From the NCBI GenBank assembly GCA_017431145.1, contig JAFRLQ010000053.1:59710-123709 (forward strand): a stretch of DNA of 64,000 bases, given 5' to 3'. Source of the DNA: Clostridia bacterium. Lineage in GTDB: Bacteria > Bacillota > Clostridia > Christensenellales > Maliibacteriaceae. Every line of letters begins with the position of its first letter. Within the stretch, counting starts at the first letter, position 1. The notes under the pieces are model-generated. The model searched no databases. It was not told the DNA's origin and worked only from the letters and a program-made list of their open reading frames with translations. Below, one piece after another: positions 42,739 through 53,143 of this stretch. The translations under genes and the position numbers were made by a program.

Positions 42739-44065
42739 CGTTCAGCCTCCCTATCAGATCATATGGCGTCGCGTCCGTGATCCTTACATCAAATACCATG
42801 CCCGGCACCGGATCCGCCCCGATCCCGGACCAGTCGATCCGAATGACGCCGTCCACATCCGGCACTTCCCCGCGGGAGCGCGCGATCGCCTCGCAGCGTT
42901 CCTCGTCGAATCCGTCGATCACGCATTCGCACACCGTACCGATGCGTTTTCTGTTATTCGCATAGGATATTCCCTGCTGCAGCAGCATGATTTCTTCCAG
43001 TCTGCGCGCCTTCGTCTCTTCCGGAATCTGATCCGGCATCCTCGCTGCGGGCGTGCCGTCTTCGGGACAGAACGCAAACGCACCAAGCCTGTCGAAGCAG
43101 TTCTCCGCGAGAAACGCGAGAAGCTCTTCATGCTCTTCCTCTGTTTCTCCGGGGAAGCCGGTCATCACCGTCGTGCGGACCGTGAACCCGCCCCCGCGCA
43201 GTTTCTGCATCAGTGCATCCAGCTGCGCACGTGTCACCTTTCGGTTCATCTTTTTCAGGATGCGGTCATTGCAGTGCTGGATCGGAATATCCACATATCT
43301 GCAGATTTTCTCCTCCCGGAGCATGGTATCCAGTATCTCATCCGTCAGTTTTTCAGGATAGGCGTACAGGAACCGTATCCACCGGATCCCGTCGACCGTC
43401 GCGATCTTTTTGAGGAGACTGTTCAGATCCTCACCGTTCTTCAGATCGCTCCCGTACCTGGTCGTGTCCTGTGCGATCAGGATGATCTCCGTCACGCCCT
43501 GTTCCGCCAGGTCTTTCACTTCCTCCATGATCTCGTTCACCGCTCTGCTGCGGTACCGCCCCCTGATCCCGGGGATCGCACAGTAGCTGCAGTAATTGTC
43601 GCATCCGTCCGCGATGCGGACATACGCGTAATGCACCGCTCCGGTATAGACGCGTTTTCCGCTGTGATAGACTCTGTCCGGTTCTTTGCGGAAGATCTTT
43701 CTTCCGTTATAGGTCTCTGCCCAGTCAGCGATCTCTTCACACTGGTCTATCCCGATCACAAGGTCGATCTCAGGCATCTGTTCGTACAGCTCCTCCGGAT
43801 ACCGCTGCGCCATGCAGCCCGCCGCCACAAGCAGCGCTCCGTCCTTGCGCACCGCGTCCATTTCAAGAAGCGTGTCGATCGCTTCCTGCTTGGCCGGATC
43901 GATAAAGCCGCATGTATTGACCAGAATGAGATCCGCTTCCTCCGCTGCCTGCGTCAGCTCCCAGCCTTTCTGCAGAAAGCTGTACAGCATGCGCTCTGAA
44001 TCCACGAGATTCTTACTGCAGCCAAGCGAGATCAGATGTATCTTTTTTCCTTTGCTTTCTGTCAT
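42725..44065 (-). CDS. rimO: Ribosomal protein S12 methylthiotransferase RimO (radical SAM)
   Basis: 446 aa. LGCSKN N-terminal domain, radical-SAM CDNYCSYCAIP motif and a TRAM-like C-terminus. Confidence 0.85.
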   Translation of the reverse strand: MTESKGKKIHLISLGCSKNLVDSERMLYSFLQKGWELTQAAEEADLILVNTCGFIDPAKQEAIDTLLEMDAVRKDGALLVAAGCMAQRYPEELYEQMPEIDLVIGIDQCEEIADWAETYNGRKIFRKEPDRVYHSGKRVYTGAVHYAYVRIADGCDNYCSYCAIPGIRGRYRSRAVNEIMEEVKDLAEQGVTEIILIAQDTTRYGSDLKNGEDLNSLLKKIATVDGIRWIRFLYAYPEKLTDEILDTMLREEKICRYVDIPIQHCNDRILKKMNRKVTRAQLDALMQKLRGGGFTVRTTVMTGFPGETEEEHEELLAFLAENCFDRLGAFAFCPEDGTPAARMPDQIPEETKARRLEEIMLLQQGISYANNRKRIGTVCECVIDGFDEERCEAIARSRGEVPDVDGVIRIDWSGIGADPVPGMVFDVRITDATPYDLIGRLNDDEE

Positions 44066-46551
44066 CAGTCATCTCCGTCCGAGGGCATGCCCCATTTTTC
44101 TCCCGCTTTTCTGCGCCATTCCTCTTTCGTCATGATGACCTTTCTCGGCTTGCTTCCCTCGGAAGGTCCGACAACGCCCATCTGTTCCATCGTATCGATA
44201 AGGTGCCCTGCCCGCGCGTATCCCACACGCAGTTTCCTCTGCAGAAGGGAAATGGATGCCTGCCCGCTCTGCACCGCGATATCGATCGCCTCGGACAGGA
44301 GCGGATCCTCATCGGATCCTTCTCCTCTGTCAGACGCACCGTTTTCATTCCCCGCCGCACCGGCGTTATCCAGCGCGGTGATCACATTGACATCGTATTC
44401 CGCCTCGATTCCCTGCTGCTTCACATAGGCGACCACGGCTTCTCTGTCTTCATCCTTAACATAGGCGCCCTGCACGCGCAGCGGCTTCAGGATGCCGGTC
44501 GGAGCATAGAGCATGTCGCCGTTGCCGAGAAGACGTTCCGCGCCGCCCGTATCGATGATCGTGGTGGAGTCCACACGCGAAGACGTCTTCAGCGCGATAC
44601 GGGACGGGATGTTTGCCTTGATCGTCCCGGTGATGACATCAACGGAAGGACGCTGTGTCGCGATGACCATGTAGATTCCGGCGGCGCGCGCCAGCTGCGC
44701 CAGACGCATGATGCTGTTCTCCACTTCCTTGGAAGCCACCATCATCAGGTCCGCCAGCTCGTCGATCACGATCACGATCTGCGGCAGTTTCTCAACTTTA
44801 TTGTCTTTTTTGAATTTCTCGTTGTAACGGAACAGGTTATTGACCTGGTTTTCCGAGAAGAGTTTGTAGCGGCGTTCCATCTCCACCACAGCCCAGTTCA
44901 ATGCGCCTGTCGCTTTCTTGGGATCCGTCACGACCGGGATCAGCAGATGCGGAATCCCGTTGTACAGTGAAAACTCCACTTTCTTGGGGTCGATCAGGAT
45001 CAGTTTGACCTGATCCGGCGTCGATTTGTACAGAATACTCAGAATGATCGAATGAATACAGACGCTCTTGCCCATGCCTGTTGCGCCGCTGACCAGAAGG
45101 TGCGGCATGCGTGCGATATCGCCGACCACAATATTTCCGGAAATATCGCGGCCAAGAGCGAACGCCAGATTGGATGTCGCCTTCTGGAATTTCTCGCTCT
45201 CGATGATCTCCCTCAGAGTCACGATCGCCGTTTCCTCGTTGGGGATCTCGATGCCGACCGCGGCTTTTCCGGGAATCGGTGCTTCCATGCGGATACCCAT
45301 GCTCGCCATTCCCAGCGCGATATCATCAGTCAGGCTGACGATCCTGGACAATTTGACGCCCGTCGCGGGCTGAAGTTCATATCTCGTCACGGTCGGCCCC
45401 TGGCTGATGTTCACGACACGCGCCTGCACGCCGAAGCTTTCCAGAATGCCTTCCAGCTGTTTGCCTTTCTCAAGGATTTCCTGCTCAGAGGATACGGTCC
45501 TCTTTCCGGTGCGTTTTGCGGGTGAAAGCAGATTCAGCGGCGGTTTGGTATAAGGCTTCTTCTCCGCCTCCGCTGCGGCTTTGAGCCGTGCCTGCTCCAG
45601 CTCGTCTTCCGGAAGACCGCCTTCCTCCCCCTCACCGGAGAACGTGATCGGTTCGTGCGTGACGCGCGTCCTGCGTTCCTTCACAGGAGCCGCAGGTTCT
45701 TTTTTGACTTCCGGCGTCTCCTCGCGGATCTCGGGTTCCGGCATCATCGTGATCTCCGGGATCACCGTGTCCTCCACAGGCTTCTCGATCGTGCCCACGG
45801 GGAACCGGGATTTGCGCACGCGCTTTTTCTGTGCGCCTCTTCTTCTGAAGTCGGCGGGTCCCAGAAGCGCGGGATCGGAACGCTGGTCCTGTCTTCCGTT
45901 CAGCGTCTCATTGTACATGCTGACCTGTTTGCGCGCCTCCCTGCGGTACTCCACCTGCTCCTTGACCACGTTGCCTACGTCTTCGCCCGTCTTTTTCAAA
46001 GATAGATTCGTCACCAGGATCAGTGCGATCACGATGCCCGCGATAAACAGGATATAGGCCCCGACGTTCCCGATCAGCATGCGCACGGGATACACCGGGA
46101 TCGACGCGACCGCGCCGCCGCCCGTATGGACCGTCTGTCCCAGAAGATAGGCATTCTTCACAAACTCTCCGAACTTCGGGGCGTCTGTCCGCTTCAGATA
46201 GAACATATTGATCAGACACAGCAGGAACAGCACGCCAAACGCCGCTGCAACGACCTTGCCCGTATGGATCTTCTGATGGCGTTCTGCGATACAGATCACG
46301 CCGAAGGCGACGAACAGAGCCGGGATCACATACGCCGCGATCCCGAACAGTCCGAACTGCAGGTTCTGGAAGAACACGCCGACCTTTCCGATCCAGTGAG
46401 ACCTGGACGGAGAGATCGCGCAAACGAACAAAAACAGGCCGAGTGCGATCCAGCATACGCCTGCTATCTCATTTCTTTTTCCCGATCCGTCGGCCGGTTT
46501 CGACACCTTCCTGACACGGACGGGCTTAGCGGTCTTTTTTCTTGCTGCCAA
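44065..46551 (-). CDS. ftsK: DNA translocase FtsK/SpoIIIE
   Basis: 828 aa. N-terminal TM helices, a linker, a motor domain with Walker A GATGMGKS, and a gamma-domain wHTH (ISLLQRKLRVGYARAGHLID). The start codon is TTG, preceded by AGGGGA. Confidence 0.9.
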   Translation of the reverse strand: MAARKKTAKPVRVRKVSKPADGSGKRNEIAGVCWIALGLFLFVCAISPSRSHWIGKVGVFFQNLQFGLFGIAAYVIPALFVAFGVICIAERHQKIHTGKVVAAAFGVLFLLCLINMFYLKRTDAPKFGEFVKNAYLLGQTVHTGGGAVASIPVYPVRMLIGNVGAYILFIAGIVIALILVTNLSLKKTGEDVGNVVKEQVEYRREARKQVSMYNETLNGRQDQRSDPALLGPADFRRRGAQKKRVRKSRFPVGTIEKPVEDTVIPEITMMPEPEIREETPEVKKEPAAPVKERRTRVTHEPITFSGEGEEGGLPEDELEQARLKAAAEAEKKPYTKPPLNLLSPAKRTGKRTVSSEQEILEKGKQLEGILESFGVQARVVNISQGPTVTRYELQPATGVKLSRIVSLTDDIALGMASMGIRMEAPIPGKAAVGIEIPNEETAIVTLREIIESEKFQKATSNLAFALGRDISGNIVVGDIARMPHLLVSGATGMGKSVCIHSIILSILYKSTPDQVKLILIDPKKVEFSLYNGIPHLLIPVVTDPKKATGALNWAVVEMERRYKLFSENQVNNLFRYNEKFKKDNKVEKLPQIVIVIDELADLMMVASKEVENSIMRLAQLARAAGIYMVIATQRPSVDVITGTIKANIPSRIALKTSSRVDSTTIIDTGGAERLLGNGDMLYAPTGILKPLRVQGAYVKDEDREAVVAYVKQQGIEAEYDVNVITALDNAGAAGNENGASDRGEGSDEDPLLSEAIDIAVQSGQASISLLQRKLRVGYARAGHLIDTMEQMGVVGPSEGSKPRKVIMTKEEWRRKAGEKWGMPSDGDD

Positions 46552-46679
46552 CTTGTTTCCCCTTTCATATCCTTCGAAAGGACACGATTTCGAACATATT
46601 ATATCCCCGAACCCCTTTTCTCTGCAATCAGACGCGCAGCCTGACAGACAGGGTCTCCGGAGCAGATTCCAACAGAAAA

Positions 46680-46708
46680 ATTATACACCTTTTTACGCAT
46701 AAAATCAA
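46680..46708 (-). promoter_or_regulatory. Candidate sigma-70 promoter for ftsK
   Basis: Minus strand reads TTGATT (46708-46703), a 17-nt spacer, then TATAAT (46685-46680). It lies about 130 nt upstream of the ftsK start. Confidence 0.45.
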
Positions 46709-46753
46709 ACTTTTGTTCGAAAAGCTGACATTGGAAGCCGCGCCGTGCAAAAA

Positions 46754-46782
46754 GCAAAGAGTGCGCTGTGCGCACTCTTTGC
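46754..46782 (-). terminator. Intrinsic terminator downstream of the PPIase lipoprotein gene
   Basis: GCAAAGAGTGCGC-tgt-GCGCACTCTTTGC, followed on the minus strand by TTTTTGC. Confidence 0.8.
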
Positions 46783-46786
46783 TCCG

Positions 46787-47839
46787 TCAGTTCTTGGGAA
46801 CACTCCATTCGAGCAGTTTCTCATTGACGATATCGTAGAGCATGTTCTCACGGATCAGATCCAATCCGTACTCCTGCTCGAAGGCTTCGCGGTTGCCTTC
46901 ATATCCGAGACGCGTGAGATACTCGCCGATCCTCGCCTCGTATTCTTCTTCCGTCACCGTGAGGCCCTCCGTTTCGGCGACCTTCTGGTAAAAGAGCCTG
47001 GACGCAAGGGAATCCTGGGCATAGCGGTTTGCCGCGTCCTCCAGCGCTTCTGTCGTCGTCCCCATCGTCGCGATATAGTCTTCCAGCGTATAGCCGTACA
47101 TATCTGCCATCTGCTGGTAGTACGTAATGAACTCGTCGTGGTACTGATACATGTCCTTGGGGTTCATGCTGAACGTGCAGCCCGCAAGCGCCTGTTTGAG
47201 GATCTCCTCAAGCGCCTTCTGTTCCGCCGCCTTCTGCTTCTGCGCCTCAAGGTCCGTGCGGACGCTCATCTCGTATTCTTTTACCGTCGAGTACTGGCCC
47301 TGCGTCAGTTCATAGACGAATGTGTCGTTGTATTCCGGCTCAGTCACCTTGTACGCAAAATGGATGTCGATCTCAAACTGGGCATCCTTTCCCGCCAGCG
47401 CAGGATTGATGCTGTAGGGATTGGGGAACGTCACGTCGATCACCGTTTTCTCTCCGATCGTTTTTCCGATCAGCCCCTCTTCGAATCCGGGGATCATCGC
47501 GCCCAGTCCGATCGTGATGTCCACGCCCTGGCCCATGCTGTTTCCGCCTTCGAATTCGACGCCGTCGATCGAGCCGACATAGTCCACGTTGATCTTGTCG
47601 CCTTCCACGACTTTCGTACCGTCTCGGGAAGGATCACGCTCATCTTCTGAGTTGTCGGTGATGACGTTGCGGATGTATTCGTCCACTTCCTCCTGTGTCA
47701 CCGTAGCGTCCTGCGGTGTGTAGGTCAGTCCCTTGTACTGGCCCAGTTTCACGGCGGATCTTGATGCGCATCCTGCAAACAGAACCGTCATCAGGAGCGC
47801 TGTCACAGCGATCAGCAATACTTTCCTCTTCATGTGCAT
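46787..47839 (-). CDS. Lipoprotein with a trigger-factor/FKBP-type peptidyl-prolyl isomerase domain
   Basis: 350 aa. Lipobox LFAGC. FKBP-like segment VDYVGSIDGVEFEGG...MIPGFEEGLIG. Confidence 0.75.
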   Translation of the reverse strand: MHMKRKVLLIAVTALLMTVLFAGCASRSAVKLGQYKGLTYTPQDATVTQEEVDEYIRNVITDNSEDERDPSRDGTKVVEGDKINVDYVGSIDGVEFEGGNSMGQGVDITIGLGAMIPGFEEGLIGKTIGEKTVIDVTFPNPYSINPALAGKDAQFEIDIHFAYKVTEPEYNDTFVYELTQGQYSTVKEYEMSVRTDLEAQKQKAAEQKALEEILKQALAGCTFSMNPKDMYQYHDEFITYYQQMADMYGYTLEDYIATMGTTTEALEDAANRYAQDSLASRLFYQKVAETEGLTVTEEEYEARIGEYLTRLGYEGNREAFEQEYGLDLIRENMLYDIVNEKLLEWSVPKN

Positions 47840-47859
47840 TTCCTTTCTGAAATAGAAAA

Positions 47860-47886
47860 GCGGAGCGCGCTTTCGGGACGCTCCGC
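47860..47886 (-). terminator. Intrinsic terminator downstream of pnp
   Basis: GCGGAGCG-N11-CGCTCCGC, followed on the minus strand by TTTTCTATTT. Confidence 0.8.
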
Positions 47887-47898
47887 ATTTTTCTCGGA

Positions 47899-50001
47899 TT
47901 ATTCCTCTTCCTTGTACTCGTCCTCGCGTACGCCGTGATGGATGAGGTTGATGCGGCCCTGCTTGTCGATCTCATTGACCTTGACCAGCAGCGTATCGCC
48001 GATGTTGCAGTAATCCTCGACCTTCTCAATGCGCTTGCCGGCAAGCTTGGAGATGTGGACCATTCCGTCTTTTCCGGGAAGCAGTTCCACAAATGCGCCG
48101 AACGGCATGATGCGGACAACTTTGCCCTTGAAGACGTCTCCGACCTTGATCTCGCGGACGATCGACTGGATCTGCTTCTTCGCAGCCTTGGCAGCGTCGC
48201 TGTCGGGAGTGGAGATATAGACGCGGCCGTCATCTTCGATATCGATCTTCACGCCGGTCTCGGCAATGATCTTGTTGATGGTCTTGCCGCGGGGTCCGAC
48301 GACTTCGCCGATCTTCTCGGGATCGATGGAGAAGGTGATGATCTTGGGCGCGTACTTGGAAAGCTCCTTGCGGGGCTCAGGCAGCACTTCGAGCATCTTG
48401 TTCAGAATGAACAGACGGCCCTCTCTCGCCTGTGCGAGCGCACGGCGCAGGATCTGCTCGTCGATGCCCTTGATCTTGATGTCCATCTGGATCGCGGTGA
48501 TGCCTTCCGCGGTGCCTGCGACTTTGAAGTCCATGTCGCCGAGGAAGTCCTCAAGGCCCTGGATGTCCGTCATGATCGCGATGTTGCCGTTGGAGTCATC
48601 CTTGATGAGTCCCATCGCAACGCCTGCGACCGGTGCCTTCAGCGGTACGCCCGCGTCCATCAGGGACAGAGTGCTTCCGCAGACGCTCGCCATGGAGGTG
48701 GAGCCGTTGGAGGAGATCGCTTCGGATACGACACGGATCGCATACGGGAATTCTTCCTCGCTGGGCAGCATGGGCTCCAGCGCGCGCTCTGCCAGCGCGC
48801 CGTGGCCGATCTCGCGTCTGCCGGGGCTGCGCATGGGCTTCGCCTCGCCTGTTGAGAACGGAGGCATATTGTAATGGTGCATATAGCGCTTCATATCGTC
48901 GTTGGTCAGGCCGTCAAGGATCTGGACCTCACCCATGGCGCCCAGCGTCGCGATACTCATGACCTGCGTCTGGCCGCGGGTGAAAACTGCAGAGCCGTGC
49001 GGGTGCGGCAGGATACCGACTTCGCACCAGATCGGACGTACTTCGTTCATCGCGCGTCCGTCGGGACGGATCTGATGATTGATGATCTTGTCGCGGACGA
49101 TCTCTTTGGTCACGCTGTACAGGATATCCCCGATCGTGCCGGCGCTGTCGGGATACTCTTCCGCGAAATGCGCCACAGTCTCTTCCTTGACCTGTGCGCT
49201 GCGTTCTTCTCTCTCATAGCGGTCTGTCGTATCAAGGCTCCAGCGGACCTTCTCGGTCGCGAACTCACGCACTTTGCGCTCGAACTCCTCGTCGGGCTTG
49301 GGTGCGACGAACTCCATTTTGGGCTTTCCGACTTCCGCAGCGATATCATTGATGAAAGCGACAATCTTCTTGATCTCTTCGTGCGCTGTCAGGATCGCGT
49401 TCAGCATGACTTCCTCGCTGACTTCCTTCGCACCGGCCTCGACCATCATGACCGCGTCCTTCGTTCCGGACACGACCAGATGCATGTCGCTCTTTTCCTG
49501 CTGCTCCTGATCCGGGTTGATCACGATCTGTCCATCCACCAGGCCGACAAGCACGGAACCGGTCGGGCCCATGAAAGGCAGATTGGAAATCGCCAGCGCC
49601 GCAGAGGAGCCGACCATTGCCAGAACGTCCGTGGGAACGTCGCTGTCGACGGAAAGGACCGTCGCTACGACCTGAACATCATTGTGGAATCCCTTGGGGA
49701 ACAGGGGGCGCAGCGGTCTGTCGATCAGACGGCATGCCAGGATCGCCTTTTCACTGGGACGTCCCTCTCTCTTGATGAAACCGCCGGGGATCTTGCCTGC
49801 CGCATAAAGTTTTTCCTGATATTCCACGCTCAGCGGGAAGAAGTCCACGCCTTCACGGGGTGTGTCCGATCCTGTTGCCGTTACAAGCACATAACTTTCG
49901 CCCATGTGGATCAGTACGGATCCGCCGGCCTGCTGTGCGTATTTTCCTGTTTCGATCACAAGCTGTCTGCCTGCCAATTCCATTTGGAAAATGTGATGCA
50001 T
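47899..50001 (-). CDS. pnp: Polyribonucleotide nucleotidyltransferase (PNPase)
   Basis: 700 aa. Two RNase PH domains, a KH domain ([10 protein letters not shown]) and an S1 domain ([15 protein letters not shown]). Confidence 0.95.
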   Translation of the reverse strand: MHHIFQMELAGRQLVIETGKYAQQAGGSVLIHMGESYVLVTATGSDTPREGVDFFPLSVEYQEKLYAAGKIPGGFIKREGRPSEKAILACRLIDRPLRPLFPKGFHNDVQVVATVLSVDSDVPTDVLAMVGSSAALAISNLPFMGPTGSVLVGLVDGQIVINPDQEQQEKSDMHLVVSGTKDAVMMVEAGAKEVSEEVMLNAILTAHEEIKKIVAFINDIAAEVGKPKMEFVAPKPDEEFERKVREFATEKVRWSLDTTDRYEREERSAQVKEETVAHFAEEYPDSAGTIGDILYSVTKEIVRDKIINHQIRPDGRAMNEVRPIWCEVGILPHPHGSAVFTRGQTQVMSIATLGAMGEVQILDGLTNDDMKRYMHHYNMPPFSTGEAKPMRSPGRREIGHGALAERALEPMLPSEEEFPYAIRVVSEAISSNGSTSMASVCGSTLSLMDAGVPLKAPVAGVAMGLIKDDSNGNIAIMTDIQGLEDFLGDMDFKVAGTAEGITAIQMDIKIKGIDEQILRRALAQAREGRLFILNKMLEVLPEPRKELSKYAPKIITFSIDPEKIGEVVGPRGKTINKIIAETGVKIDIEDDGRVYISTPDSDAAKAAKKQIQSIVREIKVGDVFKGKVVRIMPFGAFVELLPGKDGMVHISKLAGKRIEKVEDYCNIGDTLLVKVNEIDKQGRINLIHHGVREDEYKEEE

Positions 50002-50059
50002 TTTGATTCGTTTACCCTCTTTCTTCTTTTCTTCTTTTTGCTTCTTTTATCAAAAATAA

Positions 50060-50084
50060 CAGCGGCAAACTGTGTTACCGCTGC
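50060..50084 (-). terminator. Weak hairpin between rpsO and pnp (partial terminator or pnp leader structure)
   Basis: 6-bp stem CAGCGG/CCGCTG with a 12-nt loop, followed on the minus strand by TTATTTTT. Confidence 0.4.
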
Positions 50085-50096
50085 TTTTTTAATCTC

Positions 50097-50369
50097 TTAT
50101 TTGCGCAGTCCGAGTTTTGCGATCAGTGCACGGTAGCGTTCGATATCCTTGGCGCGAAGATAATTCAGCATGCCTCTGCGCTGTCCGACCATTTTCAGCA
50201 GTCCACGGCGGGAATGATGATCCTTGGGATGCTGTTTCAGGTGCTCGTTCAGATGATTGATCCGCTGTGTCAGAATCGCGATCTGAACTTCCGGTGAACC
50301 GGTGTCGCCCTCATGGGTCTTGTACTGCTCGATGATTTCTTCTTTCCAGTTTGCTTCCATTGCTTGCAT
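50097..50369 (-). CDS. rpsO: 30S ribosomal protein S15
   Basis: The track ORF 50097-50471 was trimmed to [13 protein letters not shown] at 50369, which has an AGAGGAA RBS. S15 signature [12 protein letters not shown]...[16 protein letters not shown]. Confidence 0.9.
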   Translation of the reverse strand: MQAMEANWKEEIIEQYKTHEGDTGSPEVQIAILTQRINHLNEHLKQHPKDHHSRRGLLKMVGQRRGMLNYLRAKDIERYRALIAKLGLRK

Positions 50370-50588
50370 TTTGGTGTTCCTCTTTTCTTTTGATGTAATC
50401 GCCTTCGGCATAGTGTGACGTCGTATCCGGGGTTTAAGAGGAGTCGCGTCAAACGATGCTGAGGTTCTCATGTGACTTTGTCACAAGTGCAATAAGTGTA
50501 TCACAGGACGCTCGCGCATTGCAAGCGTCCTGCTGATTTTTCCTTGTTTTTTCGGCCTTTTTCACGCTTTGTCCGCAGTCTGAAAGAA

Positions 50589-52217
50589 TCATTTCTCCTC
50601 TTTGACGATGGGGTGCGCTTCAAAATACGCCTCAGCTGCCTGTTTATCCTGCGTGATCTGGCCCGAAAGCTCCGCAAACGTTTCGAATGTCTCTTCATCA
50701 CGCAGCTTTTTCATGAACTCCACACGGATCTTTTTCCCATACAGATCACCGGAATAATTCAGAATGTGCGTCTCGATGATCGGCGCTTCCAGTCTGTCAA
50801 CAGTAGGATGATATCCTATGTTGCTCACACTTTCCTGAAGTTCGCCGCCGTCCACGCTGACACGGGTGACATACACCCCGTTTCCGGGAAGCATCATGCC
50901 CTGCGGGACCGGAATGTTCGCTGTGGGGAATCCGAGAAGTCTTCCGCGCTCCGCTCCGTGCTGTACCGTTCCGACCACGCTGTAGGGTCTTGTCAGGCAC
51001 GTGTTGACATACGGCATGTCGCCTCTTGCAGCCGCCTCGCGGATGCTGCTCGAAGAGATCCGTTTGCCGTTTGCCGTGACCGCAGGCACGACATGCACCG
51101 TGATGCCGAACTGCGCCGCTTCTTCCTGAAGCACCTGTGCGTTGCCCAGGCCGCCCCGTCCGAAGATCGCGTTCTGCCCGATCACCATATGAGTCATCCG
51201 CAGCTCACGGATCAGAAGGACCAGAAACTCCCTGTAGTGCATCGCTGCGAAACGGTTCGTGAAGTGATAGACGTTCAAGCAGTCCATCCCGTATTTTGTC
51301 AGAAGCGCGATCCGTTCCTCCATCGTGGAAAGATACGGGATCTTCGTTCCGCTCAGCACACCTGCCGGATGCTCGTAGAACGTCACGACGTTCAGCGGGA
51401 TCCCGAGACGGTCCGCGTCTCTGCGCGCGACGGCAAGCAGATGCTGATGCCCGATGTGCACGCCGTCGAACATGCCCAGCGCCACAACGACACCGTTTGC
51501 ATTGTTCGGCTCCATGACTTCTTCGGATCTTCTGGAAGCGGGAGCAGTGAACTCTTTCTCCTCCTCTTCTTCCTCCTGCCGCGCGGCGGGTTCTTCCTCA
51601 ACCTGAGCAGGCGCAGGTCCGGGTTCCGCCGGTTCAGGCTGCACATAAGCGGGTGCTTCCTGCTCCTGCAGGTCCTGACCGCTTTCTTCGCGCATCATCT
51701 CACGCTCGATCTCTTCCGCCGCAAGCGCGGCTTCACGCATCGCCTTGGCACGCTTTTCATCGATCGGAGTTTCCTCTTCCTCTTCAACAGGACGCACAGG
51801 CTTGCGCACCTTGCTTCCCCACTTAAAGAAGTTCCGTCCGCTTCCCGATCCTTTCATCGGCGCGTCGTTATGTTCCCAGTCATTCAGAATGTCAGAGATC
51901 AGATCGCCTTTTTCCGCGTCTTCTGCTGCTGTCATGTCCGGAACGACAGCTTGCTGCTCCTCTTCACGCACAGGCTGCACAGGTGCTTCCTCAGCATCTG
52001 CGTACTCTGTTCTGTCACGCAGAAGAATATCCGACGCTTCCATCGACAGGTCCTCGTAGAACGCATTGGAATCATCGCGGAAGCTCTGCATGAGCCCCTC
52101 CTGATAGTCGCTGTCGATCTCTTCGGCGGAAAACTCTCCGAAATCAAACGGATCGTTCTCATCGACTCGCTCGATGCCCAATTTGTTCAGAAACTTCTGA
52201 AAACCGGACTGTTTCAC
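50589..52217 (-). CDS. ribF: Bifunctional riboflavin kinase / FAD synthetase with an in-frame acidic N-terminal extension of about 230 aa
   Basis: 542 aa. The RibF core begins near residue 235 (VVALGMFDGVHIGHQHL...). Upstream in the same frame there is no stop back to a GTG start with a GGAGGAA RBS that overlaps the truB stop. Confidence 0.8.
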   Translation of the reverse strand: MKQSGFQKFLNKLGIERVDENDPFDFGEFSAEEIDSDYQEGLMQSFRDDSNAFYEDLSMEASDILLRDRTEYADAEEAPVQPVREEEQQAVVPDMTAAEDAEKGDLISDILNDWEHNDAPMKGSGSGRNFFKWGSKVRKPVRPVEEEEETPIDEKRAKAMREAALAAEEIEREMMREESGQDLQEQEAPAYVQPEPAEPGPAPAQVEEEPAARQEEEEEEKEFTAPASRRSEEVMEPNNANGVVVALGMFDGVHIGHQHLLAVARRDADRLGIPLNVVTFYEHPAGVLSGTKIPYLSTMEERIALLTKYGMDCLNVYHFTNRFAAMHYREFLVLLIRELRMTHMVIGQNAIFGRGGLGNAQVLQEEAAQFGITVHVVPAVTANGKRISSSSIREAAARGDMPYVNTCLTRPYSVVGTVQHGAERGRLLGFPTANIPVPQGMMLPGNGVYVTRVSVDGGELQESVSNIGYHPTVDRLEAPIIETHILNYSGDLYGKKIRVEFMKKLRDEETFETFAELSGQITQDKQAAEAYFEAHPIVKEEK

Positions 52218-53143
52218 TTTGTTCCTCCTTCCGTTTCCCGGGCAGCTGTCTTCCCGGAAAACAGCATGATCTGCGGGCGGATCGTTCCATCCGTCTGCGC
52301 CGTAGACAATGAGATCAGCTGATGATCTTCCGTGTGTATCTGGTACATCCTGTTGCTTTCATAATCTTCCAGGATCGCTGTTCTGTCAAGGGATCCCCCG
52401 TTGACCGCGCGGATCAAAGCAGCGTTTCTGACGGTGAGTATTCCGTATTCTCCCAGAACTTCCTGCGTCGGAACAAGAAGCGTTTCCACCGTTCCATTTT
52501 CCTGCGCTCTGAGAATCTGCTCCACAGTGACCGCGTCCTGCAGCCGGAACATTCCGGACTGTTCCCGTGTCAGCTGTGCCAGATATGCAATACAGCCGCA
52601 TTCCCGCGCCAGGTCACTGACCAGTGTCCGGATATAGGTTCCAGAAGAGCACCTGACCCGGATCGTGACCGTACGTTCGTCACGCCACGCCAGTGTCCGG
52701 ACCGAAAAAACCGTAACGTCCCGCTGCGGGATCTCAGCCTGCGCGCCTTTGCGCGCCAGCTGGTACGCGTGTACCCCGTTGACCCGCACCGCAGAATAAA
52801 GAGGCGGAATCTGCCGCACCGTTCCTGTAAATCTCTTCAGTGCTTCCTCCCATGCTTCCCTCTCGGGAAGCACATTGCTCTGCGCCGTCACTGCGCCTTC
52901 GGCGTCCAGCGTGTCCGTCGTCTGTCCGAACCGGACTGTGGCGACATATGTCTTCTCGTGCCCGAGCATGAGGTCAAACAGTTTCGTCGCATTGCCCACC
53001 AGGACCGGCAGCACGCCGCAGGCGGCAGGATCAAGCGTCCCGCCATGTCCGCATTTGCGCGTCCCGCACATCCTTCTTGCCCAGACGACGGCATCATTCG
53101 ATGTCATGCCAGGCGGTTTGAGCAAATTGATGACTCCGTTCAA
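52214..53143 (-). CDS. truB: tRNA pseudouridine(55) synthase TruB
   Basis: The track ORF 52214-53356 was trimmed to a TTG start at 53143 (MNGVINLLKPPGMTS), which has an AGGGAAGGAA RBS and overlaps the nrnA stop. Catalytic motif GHGGTLDP. Confidence 0.9.
   Translation of the reverse strand: MNGVINLLKPPGMTSNDAVVWARRMCGTRKCGHGGTLDPAACGVLPVLVGNATKLFDLMLGHEKTYVATVRFGQTTDTLDAEGAVTAQSNVLPEREAWEEALKRFTGTVRQIPPLYSAVRVNGVHAYQLARKGAQAEIPQRDVTVFSVRTLAWRDERTVTIRVRCSSGTYIRTLVSDLARECGCIAYLAQLTREQSGMFRLQDAVTVEQILRAQENGTVETLLVPTQEVLGEYGILTVRNAALIRAVNGGSLDRTAILEDYESNRMYQIHTEDHQLISLSTAQTDGTIRPQIMLFSGKTAARETEGGTK

Noticed and set aside
50503-50531. The hairpin CAGGACGC-N13-GCGTCCTG as the ribF terminator.
   Set aside because: The U-tract follows the hairpin only on the plus strand, but the flanking genes are on the minus strand. 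It may instead belong to the rpsO promoter or leader region, together with the TGTGAC-TTT-GTCACA palindrome at 50471-50485. The function is unresolved.
52195-52220. An apparent 1-nt discrepancy, suggesting a possible frameshift, at the truB/ribF junction when I counted an A-run by hand.
   Set aside because: The ORF track gives continuous, motif-consistent frames on both sides, with coordinates that fit a GTGA overlap. I attribute the discrepancy to my manual indexing and used the track coordinates.
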